A stretch of DNA of 64,000 nucleotides from NCBI GenBank assembly GCA_032718475.1, contig JAUCBJ010005433.1, forward strand, positions 1 to 64,000. The letters run 5' to 3'. A model generated the notes under the pieces. That model was not told where the DNA came from and searched no databases. It saw only the letters and a list, made by a program, of their open reading frames with translations. This DNA comes from Nemertoderma westbladi (Eukaryota > Animalia > Xenacoelomorpha). The position numbers were made by a program, and so were the translations under genes. Position 1 is the first letter of the stretch. Each line of letters starts with the position of its first letter. Below are positions 40,985-52,632 of the stretch, one piece after another.

Positions 40985-42437
40985 AAGTATTGTTGGTATT
41001 AGCGCAAACACTACAGCACTGGTCTCGGGTGTCGATAAATCAATCAAATGGCAATCCACCAATGCGGAAATAATCAAGGTTATATAGCTTGGTTTTATAA
41101 TTTAGATTAGGGTTTGGGGTCCCTGCCTACCATCTGACAATTCACCCCGTGCCTAGGCTAGAGGATGGTAGAGCATAACTCATGTTACCTGTCAGCCTGT
41201 GTTTGTGTGTAATAATAATTAGGGCCTAGCTGCCTAGGTAATTGTGGAATGCGATTTGCAGATTTGCACTGCGCCAAAGCCTGACAGCTGGGGCAATGGG
41301 CAATCCCATCTCGAGAATTAATAGGCCTACACTAATAATTAAGCAAGGGAAAGCAGAAAAAATCATGTTCGATGTTACTACAACAGTACAATGGCTTGTT
41401 ATTTTAAACAAAACAATAAATGAGAGTTAAGATATAGGCCTACTGTTCAGCTGTTATACCAACCAGTATACATACCGGTGGCGGTGGGGAGGCACTACTG
41501 CATAATCCTGTAATCGGTGTTATTTAGTTACTTGGGCGAGTCGCTTTTCCCTTGAGAGATTTAAACTTTGATAGGGTCAAGAACGAATCCCCCTATCTCA
41601 GTATCTGCTACCTCTACTTATGCTGGTATGCCTAAGTTCAGATATCATTGAGAAATACGAAATCCTGAAAAAATACACTGTACAGCAAAAATTAAATTTC
41701 AAAATTACCGCCATATAAGTTGTTATTCTCCAGTGCAATTACAATATGTTTTGTATACTGTATAGTCGAACAGTTTATCGTTTTGATTAGAATAATAGTA
41801 TGCCACTGAAACGTGTTCCTTTTCCTTTTTCCATAATGGATAAATTAACAGCAATTAATGATTCTCCCAGATGTAAGGTTCCCGATGGATGAATTTTTAT
41901 TGCGTCCAGCCCCCCCCCCCCCCCCCTATCTAACCAGTGGATGCAAACGTTTTTTTCCCTATAAGTTTTTTTTGATAAAATGTTTTTTGGTAACATTCCA
42001 ATATTCTGACGTGGGGGGGGGGGGGGGGGGGGGTGTAATTACCCGCACTACACCCCCCTTGGGTACGTCCCTGCCCCCCGTCCCCACGATGTATCCTATC
42101 GTTTTGAAGCAGTAGTCCATAAAAACAAAATTTTGTTTCTACAGGAAGGAAATGAATTACTTTAGTTATGTAAAGATAATTTAGATTTAATTCACTTCCT
42201 AACGTTAACAAATGTTGGGTTTAAATCATAGATGAAATGAAAGGAGCAGATTGAAATAACAGCAAATGAGAATTATGGCGAGAGAAAAAAGGACATTCAC
42301 TAATAAACCACATTAATTACTGTCTGCGCGGCGCAGAGGCGCTATGTTAGTGCAAATCACCAAGTTTAGCTTAAAAAGGAAACATTGTCATACGAAGGGA
42401 AAAACTAAATACCACCACCAAAGAATAATTCATGTAC

Positions 42438-42598
42438 CTTAGATCCATGGGCTCGGATTCCTGGTATAGGGGAATTCACCAGCATTTCCAAAAGAAACTT
42501 TGTTGCGATAACAACCCCAAAAGATGGGAAGCAGACAAATCCCGAATGGTAGTCGTTAATATATGCCAAGTCTGACGGTTCACTGGCCGACATGCCGA
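42438..42598 (-). CDS. HSD17B4: HSD17B4 exon (hydratase start)
   Basis: VGMS...DLAYI...FVCFPSFGVVIA; ttgcag| and AAG|gtacat. Confidence 0.9.
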
Positions 42599-42950
42599 CT
42601 GCAATGAGGGTAAAGTTTCACTTTGGATGTACCGGTAACGGCGGTAGGCATTCATAGGCCTACTCTAAGATAAATGCCCCGCGATATTGGTCTATAATGC
42701 CATAGAATTGTAATCAAAAGGCAACATCATCACACTAAAAACGCATTTAGTGTACATTTTTTATTCATTGTTAAATTAACGTAAGTAATACTAACTGTAA
42801 ATATAGGCCTACGTATTAGTTGCCTTCTGTGAGAGTAACGTAGACTACTGTAGGATTAATATATTTACTGAATTAGATCTATACTTACAGTTTGTAAGTG
42901 CAGTTTGTATTTTTGCAACAGTGGAAACATAATGCCGTCCTTCTACTTAC

Positions 42951-43190
42951 CACTAAGGGCATATAGAATAACGTCGCGGTCATCGAAAGTGAATTCGTTG
43001 GAGTCGATCTTATGGGCCATGGCGAGAGCGACGTCAATGGGACCATCTCCGGCAGCTGTGAACGACTCAGTAGGTTGCCTTGGCAACTGATCAACCTTAG
43101 TGGCCGTGGTCGGTGACTGAGTTCGAATATTCTCGGCTACAGTTGTATAACTGGGGTTCTGTATTCTGGACATGTAATCCACCATAAAGT
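42951..43190 (-). CDS. HSD17B4: HSD17B4 exon (linker to hydratase)
   Basis: DFMVDYMSRI...FTFDDRDVILYALS; aatag| and G|gtaagt; phases match both neighbours. Confidence 0.85.
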
Positions 43191-43590
43191 CTATTAACCA
43201 ATAGGACATATTCATAAATAATAAAAGTTGTATATAACAGACCGTTAACTGAATAATTGGAAGATTTGTGTTTGTTAAATCAAATACTAGGCAACCCGCC
43301 AAACGCCATAGCATTTTTGACGTTTTCTTTTGAAAAACATGCGGAATGCCTCCAAAAATTCACCTTTGTTATTTTTAAACGGCTTTAACTAACTTTTTTA
43401 ATAATTTCCATAGAAATGAACAAATTAATAGTAAATATATCATGTGCAGTAGTTTGACTATGGTTACAGTTACCTTTAATTATATGGTATACGAAAATGG
43501 GATAGGCGGATAGAGTCCCATATCAAAACAATTGGAACTATTTGTCAATTAGACAGACAAACGCCAACGAAGTGCACGGACAGTACCAAC

Positions 43591-43719
43591 CTGACATAGA
43601 GGAATAGTAAACGGGACGAGAGAAGTCGGTAATATTCGGCCACCGATCTCTAACCGACTCAATAGATCCTGCAGTACCGGACTGGTGGAACATAGCGCCT
43701 CCTGCGTGTTGCCAACGAA
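43591..43719 (-). CDS. HSD17B4: HSD17B4 exon (dehydrogenase C-terminal part)
   Basis: VRWQHAGGAMF...SIESVRDRWPNITDFS, in a different frame from the ORF track; tttcag| and G|gttggt. Confidence 0.9.
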
Positions 43720-43952
43720 CTGAAACAACAATGAATTGAAACTACGTTACACAATAATTGAATAATATCACAATAAAACAAAAACGTTAGTGTGTGGAGT
43801 ATGTCTAGCCTACACATTAATTAATTGTCAGTATTAATAATTATAAGTATCTTTTACTACTGCGCTGTACTTTGTCAGAAGTAAACGTTTAAATGTAAAA
43901 CATTTAAACTAAAAGTGGGCAGTCCTGATCTAGGTTTAACTTAAAAACCTAG

Positions 43953-46900
43953 ACCGCCCTCTCCTATAGTTTAACTTACCTTGAGCCGCCCTCTCCTATA
44001 GTTTAACTTACCTGAGCCGCCCTCTCCTATAGTTTAACTTACCTTGAGCCGCCCTCTCCTATAGTTTAACTTACCTTGAGCCGCCCTCTCCTATAGTTTA
44101 ACTTACCTGAGCCGCCCTCTCCTATAGTTTAACTTACCTTGAGCCGCCCTCTCCTATAGTTTAACTTACCTTGAGCCGCCCTCTCCTATAGTTCAACTTA
44201 CCTTGAGCCGCCCTCTCCTATAGTTTAACTTACCTGAGCCGCCCTCTCCTATAGTTTAACTTACCTAGAGCCGCCCTCTCCTATAGTTTAACTTACCTAG
44301 AGCCGCCCTCTCCTATAGTTTAACTTACCTTGAGCCGCCCTCTCCTATATTTAACTTACCTTGAGCCGCCCTCTCCTATAGTTTAACTTACCTGAGCCGC
44401 CCTCTCCTAATAGTTTAACTTCCCTGAGCCGCCCTCTCCTATAGTTTAACTTACCTGAGCCGCCCTCTCCTATAGTTTAACTTACCCGAGCCGCCTTCTC
44501 CTATAGTTTAACTTACCTTGAGCCGCCCTCTCCTATAGTTTAACTTACCTTGAGCCGCCCTCTCCTATAGTTCAACTTACCTGAGCCGCCCTCTCCTAAT
44601 AGTTTAACTTCCCTGAGCCGCCCTCTCCTATAGTTTAACTTACCTGAGCCGCCCTCTCCTATAGTTTAACTTACCCGAGCCGCCTTCTCCTATAGTTTAA
44701 CTTACCTTGAGCCGCCCTCTCCTATAGTTTAACTTACCTTGAGCCGCCCTCTCCTATAGTTCAACTTACCTGAGCCGCCCTCTCCTATAGTTTAACTTAC
44801 CTTGAGCCGCCCTCTCCTATAGTTCAACTTACCTGAGCCGCCCTCTCCTATAGTTTAACTTACCTTGAGCCTCCCTCTCCTAATAGTTTAACTTACCTGA
44901 GCCGCCCTCTCCTATAGTTTAACTTACCTGAGCCGCCCTCTCCTAATAGTTTAACTTCCCTGAGCCGCCCTCTCCTATAGTTTAACTTACCTGAGCCGCC
45001 CTCTCCTATAGTTTAACTTACCCGAGCCGCCTTCTCCTATAGTTTAACTTACCTTGAGCCGCCTTCTCCTATAGTTTAACTTACCTTGAGCCGCCCTCTC
45101 CTATAGTTTAACTTACCTTGAGCCGCCCTCTCCTATAGTTTAACTTACCTGAGCCGCCCTCTCCTAATAGTTTAACTTCCCTGAGCCGCCCTCTCCTATA
45201 GTTTAACTTACCTGAGCCGCCCTCTCCTATAGTTTAACTTACCTTGAGCCGCCCTCTCCTATAGTTTAACTTACCTTGAGCCGCCCTCTCCTATAGTTTA
45301 ACTTACCTTGAGCCGCCCTCTCCTATAGTTTAACTTACCTAGAGCAGCCCTCTCCTATAGTTTAACTTACCTGAGCCGCCCTCTCCTATAGTTCAACTTA
45401 CCTTGAGCCGCCCTCTCCTATAGTTTAACTTACCTAGAGCAGCCCTCTCCTATAGTTTAACTTACCTGAGCCGCCCTCTCCTATAGTTTAACTTACCTTG
45501 AGCCGCCCTCTCCTATAGTTTAACTTACCTAGAGCCGCCCTCTCCTATAGTTTAACTTACCCGAGCCGCCCTCTCCTATAGTTTAACTTACCTTGAGCCG
45601 CCCTCTCCTATAGTTTAACTTACCTAGAGCCGCCCTCTCCTATAGTTCAACTTACCTTGAGCCGCCCTCTCCTATAGTTTAACTTACCTTGAGCCGCCCT
45701 CTCCTATAGTTCAACTTACCTTGAGCCGCCCTCTCCTATAGTTTAACTTACCTTGAGCCGCCCTCTCCTATAGTTTAACTTACCTAGAGCCGCCCTCTCC
45801 TATAGTTTAACTTACCTGAGCCGCCCTCTCCTATAGTTTAACTTACCTTGAGCCGCCCTCTCCTATAGTTTAACTTACCTGAGCCGCCCTCTCCTATAGT
45901 TTAACTTACCTGAGCCGCCCTCTCCTATAGTTCAACTTACCTTGAGCCGCCCTCTCCTATAGTTTAACTTACCTGAGCCGCCCTCTCCTATAGTTTAACT
46001 TACCTAGAGCCGCCCTCTCCTAATAGTTTAACTTACCTTGAGCCCCCTCTCCTATAGTTTAACTTACCTGAGCCGCCCTCTCCTATAGTTTAACTTACCT
46101 TGAGCCGCCCTCTCCTATAGTTTAACTTACCTAGAGCAGCCCTCTCCTATAGTTTAACTTACCTGAGCCGCCCTCTCCTATAGTTCAACTTACCTTGAGC
46201 CGCCCTCTCCTATAGTTTAACTTACCTGAGCCGCCCTCTCCTATAGTTTAACTTACCTAGAGCCGCCCTCTCCTATAGTTTAACTTACCTTGAGCCGCCC
46301 TCTCCTATAGTTTAACTTACCTTGAGCCGCCCTCTCCTATAGTTTAACTTACCTTGAGCCGCCCTCTCCTATAGTTTAACTTACCTGAGCCGCCCTCTCC
46401 TATAGTTTAACTTACCTTGAGCCGCCCTCTCCTATAGTTTAACTTACCTTGAGCCGCCCTCTCCTATAGTTTAACTTACCCGAGCCGCCTTCTCCTATAG
46501 TTTAACTTACCTAGAGCCGCCCTCTCCTATAGTTTAACTTACCTGAGCCGCCCTCTCCTATAGTTTAACTTACCTTGAGCCGCCCTCTCCTATAGTTTAA
46601 CTTACCTTGAGCCGCCCTCTCCTATAGTTTAACTTACCTGAGCCGCCCTCTCCTATAGTTCAACTTACCTTGAGCCGCCCTCTCCTATAGTTTAACTTAC
46701 CTTGAGCCGCCCTCTCCTAATAGTTTAACTTACCTTGAGCCCCCTCTCCTATAGTTTAACTTACCTTGAGCCGCCCTCTCCTATAGTTTAACTTACCTTG
46801 AGCCGCCCTCTCCTATAGTTTAACTTACCTTGAGCCGCCCTCTCCTAATAGTTTAACTTACCTTGAGCCCCCTCTCCTATAGTTTAACTTACCTTGAGCC

Positions 46901-49900
46901 CCCTCTCCTATAGTTTAACTTACCTTGAGCCGCCCTCTCCTATAGTTTAACTTACCTTGAGCCGCCCTCTCCTAATAGTTTAACTTACCTTGAGCCCCCT
47001 CTCCTATAGTTTAACTTACCTTGAGCCGCCCTCTCCTATAGTTTAACTTACCTTGAGCCGCCCTCTCCTATAGTTTAACTTACCTGAGCCGCCCTCTCCT
47101 ATAGTTTAACTTACCTTGAGCCGCCCTCTCCTAATAGTTTAACTTACCTTGAGCCGCCCTCTCCTATAGTTTAACTTACCTAGAGCCGCCCTCTCCTATA
47201 GTTTAACTTACCTGAGCCGCCCTCTCCTATAGTTTAACTTACCTTGAGCCGCCCTCTCCTATAGTTTAACTTACCTTGAGCCGCCCTCTCCTATAGTTTA
47301 ACTTACCTTGAGCCGCCCTCTCCTATAGTTTAACTTACCTTGAGCCGCCCTCTCCTATAGTTTAACTTACCTTGAGCCGCCCTCTCCTATAGTTTAACTT
47401 ACCTTGAGCCGCCCTCTCCTATAGTTTAACTTACCTTGAGCCGCCCTCTCCTATAGTTTAACTTACCTTGAGCCGCCCTCTCCTATAGTTTAACTTACCT
47501 TGAGCCGCCCTCTCCTATAGTTTAACTTACCTTGAGCCGCCCTCTCCTATAGTTTAACTTACCTTGAGCCGCCCTCTCCTATAGTTTAACTTACCTTGAG
47601 CCGCCCTCTCCTATAGTTTAACTTACCTTGAGCCGCCCTCTCCTATAGTTTAACTTACCTTGAGCCGCCCTCTCCTATAGTTTAACTTACCTTGAGCCGC
47701 CCTCTCCTATAGTTTAACTTACCTTGAGCCGCCCTCTCCTAATAGTTTAACTTACCTTGAGCCCCCTCTCCTATAGTTTAACTTACCTTGAGCCGCCCTC
47801 TCCTATAGTTTAACTTACCTTGAGCCGCCCTCTCCTAATAGTTTAACTTACCTTGAGCCGCCCTCTCCTATAGTTTAACTTACCTTGAGCCGCCCTCTCC
47901 TATAGTTTAACTTACCTTGAGCCGCCCTCTCCTATAGTTTAACTTACCTGAGCCGCCCTCTCCTATAGTTTAACTTACCTTGAGCCGCCCTCTCCTATAG
48001 TTTAACTTACCTTGAGCCGCCCTCTCCTATAGTTTAACTTACCTTGAGCCGCCCTCTCCTATAGTTTAACTTACCTTGAGCCGCCCTCTCCTAATAGTTT
48101 AACTTACCTTGAGCCCCCTCTCCTATAGTTTAACTTACCTTGAGCCGCCCTCTCCTATAGTTTAACTTACCTTGAGCCGCCCTCTCCTAATAGTTTAACT
48201 TACCTTGAGCCGCCCTCTCCTATAGTTTAACTTACCTTGAGCCGCCCTCTCCTATAGTTTAACTTACCTTGAGCCGCCCTCTCCTATAGTTTAACTTACC
48301 TGAGCCGCCCTCTCCTATAGTTTAACTTACCTTGAGCCGCCCTCTCCTATAGTTTAACTTACCTTGAGCCGCCCTCTCCTATAGTTTAACTTACCTTGAG
48401 CCGCCCTCTCCTATAGTTTAACTTACCTTGAGCCGCCCTCTCCTATAGTTTAACTTACCTTGAGCCGCCCTCTCCTATAGTTTAACTTACCTGAGCCGCC
48501 CTCTCCTATAGTTTAACTTACCTTGAGCCCCCTCTCCTATAGTTTAACTTACCTTGAGCCGCCCTCTCCTATAGTTTAACTTACCTTGAGCCGCCCTCTC
48601 CTAATAGTTTAACTTACCTTGAGCCGCCCTCTCCTATAGTTTAACTTACCTTGAGCCGCCCTCTCCTATAGTTTAACTTACCTTGAGCCGCCCTCTCCTA
48701 TAGTTTAACTTACCTGAGCCGCCCTCTCCTATAGTTTAACTTACTTTGAGCCGCCCTCTCCTTTAGTTTAACTTACCTAGAGCCGCCCTCTCCTATAGTT
48801 TAACTTACCTTGAGCCGCCCTCTCCTATAGTTTAACTTACCTTGAGCCGCCCTCTCCTATAGTTTAACTTACCTAGAGCAGCCCTCTCCTATAGTTTAAC
48901 TTACCTGAGCCGCCCTCTCCTATAGTTCAACTTACCTTGAGCCGCCCTCTCCTATAGTTTAACTTACCTAGAGCAGCCCTCTCCTATAGTTTAACTTACC
49001 TGAGCCGCCCTCTCCTATAGTTTAACTTACCTTGAGCCGCCCTCTCCTATAGTTCAACTTACCTTGAGCCGCCCTCTCCTATAGTTTAACTTACCTAGAG
49101 CAGCCCTCTCCTATAGTTTAACTTACCTTGAGCCGCCCTCTCCTATAGTTTAACTTACCTTGAGCCGCCCTCTCCTATAGTTTAACTTACCTTGAGCCGC
49201 CCTCTCCTATAGTTTAACTTACCTAGAGCCGCCCTCTCCTATAGTTTAACTTACCTTGAGCCGCCCTCTCCTATAGTTTAACTTACCTTGAGCCGCCCTC
49301 TCCTATAGTTTAACTTACCTTGAGCCGCCCTCTCCTATAGTTTAACTTACCTGAGCCGCCCTCTCCTATAGTTTAACTTACCTTGAGCCTCCCTCTCCTA
49401 ATAGTTTAACTTACCTTGAGCCGCCCTCTCCTATAGTTTAACTTACCTTGAGCCGCCCTCTCCTATAGTTTAACTTACCTAGAGCCGCCCTCTCCTATAG
49501 TTTAACTTACCTTGAGCCGCCCTCTCCTATAGTTTAACTTACCTTGAGCCGCCCTCTCCTATAGTTTAACTTACCTGAGCCGCCCTCTCCTATAGTTTAA
49601 CTTACCTTGAGCCGCCCTCTCCTATAGTTTAACTTACCTTGAGCCGCCCTCTCCTATAGTTTAACTTACCTTGAGCCGCCCTCTCCTATAGTTTAACTTA
49701 CCTGAGCCGCCCTCTCCTATAGTTTAACTTACCTTGAGCCGCCCTCTCCTATAGTTTAACTTACCTTGAGCCGCCCTCTCCTATAGTTTAACTTACCTGA
49801 GCCGCCTTCTCCTATAGTTTAACTTACCTAGAGCCGCCCTCTCCTATAGTTTAACTTACCTGAGCCGCCCTCTCCTATAGTTTAACTTACCTTGAGCCGC

Positions 49901-50279
49901 CCTCTCCTATAGTTTAACTTACCTTGAGCCGCCCACTCCTATAGTTTAACTTACCTAGAGCCGCCCTCTCCTAAAGTTTAACTTACCTAGAGCCGCCCTC
50001 TCCTATAGTTTAACTTACCTTGAGCCGCCCTCTCCTATAGTTTAACTTACCTAGAGCCGCCCTCCCCTATAGTTTAACTTACCTTGAGCCCCCTCTCCTA
50101 TAGTTTAACTTACCTGAGCCGCCCTCTCCTATAGTTTAACTTCCCTGAGCCGCCCTCTCCTATAGTTTAACTTACCTTGAGCCGCCCTCTCCTATAGTTT
50201 CACTTACCTAGAGCCGCCCTCTCCTATAGTTTAACTTACCTTGAGCCGCGCTCTCTTAGTTTAACTTACCTTGAGCCGC
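43953..50279. repeat. 6.3-kb 31-33-bp satellite (~200 units) made of the HSD17B4 exon end plus 5' splice site
   Basis: Unit gagccgccctctcctatagtttaacttacctt; on the minus strand gcggctcaag|gtaagttaaactataggagagg, identical to the real junction at 50270. Confidence 0.98.
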
Positions 50280-50509
50280 TTTCCCTCCGGATGTTTCAAA
50301 CAGACCTCCAGTTGCAGGGCAGTCCTCGTGACACAACCAAACGGTTAACGGGGCGACCAACTCTGGAGACATTGTGTCCAGCACCTCCTTAGGCATTAGG
50401 TCCTCGGTGAGTCTGGACCCAGCAGTGGGGGCTATCGCGTTGCATTGGATGTTATACGGTGCCCCCTCGATTGCCAGAGTGTTGGATAATCCCAACAGCC
50501 CAAGTTTAC
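50270..50509 (-). CDS. HSD17B4: HSD17B4 exon (SDR dehydrogenase)
   Basis: [16 protein letters not shown]...[21 protein letters not shown]...[13 protein letters not shown]...GGLFE; ttttag| and CAAG|gtaagt. Confidence 0.95.
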
Positions 50510-51055
50510 CTAAAAATAAACATTGAAATAATATATCAAAGTAAATTAATAAAAAACGTAATGTATATAAATAATTAAAAAACGATGTTTGGAATTGAAA
50601 AGAGTCCTGGTGGAGGATCGACGCCGTTATTCATTATTTTTAGAATTTGTATTTCATTTCATTGGAGGAAAATAATGTCCACGAAATATTACCGAACCGA
50701 ACACGTGGCGCAGGTAAAGAAAGATATGTTGGATTATCTGTAATTCCGAAATGTACAGTGTAGCTGAGGGCCTCATGGCTGAGAACTAAGTGGGAACAAC
50801 AACTGGTCTGTTAGTCTGTTCTGGAGTTCTACCAAAAGGTCTTATTACTTCATGGAGATTGTTAGCGTCGAACAGGCCACTAATAACTATTCAAATCTTG
50901 ATGTGTAAAAAGTATCAGTAAATTGATTTACAGCAAGTTCGATTCAGGGAGTATTGGGAAATAGGAGACGATAAACTGTAAGCTCTCGAAAGTTTTTTTA
51001 TCATTATTTTAAGCAAACTACAATTACAAAAATTAAACTATGACTTTTATATGAA

Positions 51056-52499
51056 GCGCCGTTTACGCTAAAACTATCTGAATAAATATTATACTCAAGT
51101 TGTATCAATAAAAAAATATTATACTTAAGGGGGTGGGGTGGGGGTGGGGGGGGGGGGGGGGGGGTTGACTATTTAAGTAAAAAAATCGATTTTTCATTTT
51201 CAATCCCCCATTGGTGCAGATTTTTATGAACATTTCAAAACTTCAAACCGTTTGTTAATAGCTAATATAGGTAAAAAGTTATGAGTTATAATGTTAACCT
51301 TACTCTGTGTAAGTGTCTGTGAAAACTGTCTGTTTGGGATTGTGTTTCTGACGGTTTGTCTGTCAAAATATAACAAAAGCATTCTTTCTAGATAAAGTTA
51401 TGTTATGGGGCTTTTCCTGGTCGCTGATTTCATTTCAAACGTCAGTTTTCACTTTTAATGACAACTACTATGTCTCTATTACTAATTCTGTCTGTCAGTC
51501 TGTCTGTCTTTCCGACGATCTGTCTATCAAAATATAAGGACATCATACCACCTAGCTAAAACTTTTTGTTTTGGTTTTTTTGGTTGCTGATTTCATTTCC
51601 GAAGTCAGTATTATTTTTTAGTAAAGTCTATTATGTCTGATTGTTGGTCTGTCTGTATGTCCGTCTGTCAAAATATAAGGGAAGCATTCCAACTAGATAA
51701 AAAAAGTTTTTTTATGGGGGTTATTCTGGTTGCTTATTTCATTTCCGACATCAGTTTTCACTTTTAAAAAACCTACTATGACTGTATGTCGGTGTTTCTG
51801 TCTGTCCAGCGATCTGTTTGTCAAAGTAATAGGAATGCATATCAACTAGCTAAATATTTTGTTATGGGGGTTTTCATGGTTGGTGATTTCATTTCCGATG
51901 TTACAGTAGTTTTTGCCCATGTGAAGAATACCAGGATTTCACTTTCGTGTTTGATGTCAACGCTGTATCAGACAGCAATGAACAGACAGACATGACTCTG
52001 TCAAATGAGGAAACTGACTTTAGAAATGAAATCACCGACCCGGAAAACCCTTGCAACAAAATTTCCAGCGGGGTTGTGTGCATTCTAACATTGCAGTGGA
52101 CAAAATTAAAGCAAAAACTTCAAATGCTTTTTCTGAAGAAGGCAAATTTTAAATTTCAAAATGCAACTACATGTTGGCTTTTCTAAAAATGAACGAATTC
52201 TTGTGAAAATTGGCACGAATGATGACTGGGTGATGCTTAACAAATTGCCACTTTTTTAATTTTCATTGTTATAGCTGAAATATTAAGCAAAATTTATAAA
52301 TTTTTGGTAAAAAATGGGTTCTTTTTAAATAATTTTTGAACATAAGCATTTATTAAAAATCTGGTAATAGGATCGATTCACGATGTCATTGTGGGAGAAA
52401 AACTCTGCCGAGAATTTAGTTACATCTTAAGTATATTTTTTTATTGATATAACTTTTTGAGTGTAATATTTTTCCAGATAGTTTTGGCGTAAACGGCGC
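51056..52499. mobile_element. Non-autonomous TIR DNA transposon (TTAA-type, Kolobok/piggyBac-like) with internal degenerate ~120-bp tandem repeats
   Basis: gcgccgtttacgctaaaactatctg...actcaa is mirrored by ttgagtg...cagatagttttggcgtaaacggcgc. Flanks are TGAA and TTAA. Confidence 0.7.
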
Positions 52500-52632
52500 T
52501 TAATACTTTTATACCAGGCCTACTACCAGTATTTGTACTGTAATTATTGTGTTGCCTACAAAAATAGATGATCGAAAATAATAGCACCTCGTGGCTTTCT
52601 AGAAATAATATAGAAAATATAAGTCCACTGAC

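Noticed and set aside
40458-41087. 209-aa plus-strand ORF
   Set aside because: Antisense shadow of the GC-rich DENR coding sequence.
43953-50279. Recursive-splicing ratchet points or a microexon array (TAG…AG|GT in each unit)
   Set aside because: Sequence upstream of each AG|GT is purine-rich with no polypyrimidine tract, and adjacent introns would be only ~16 nt. Unsupported without reads.
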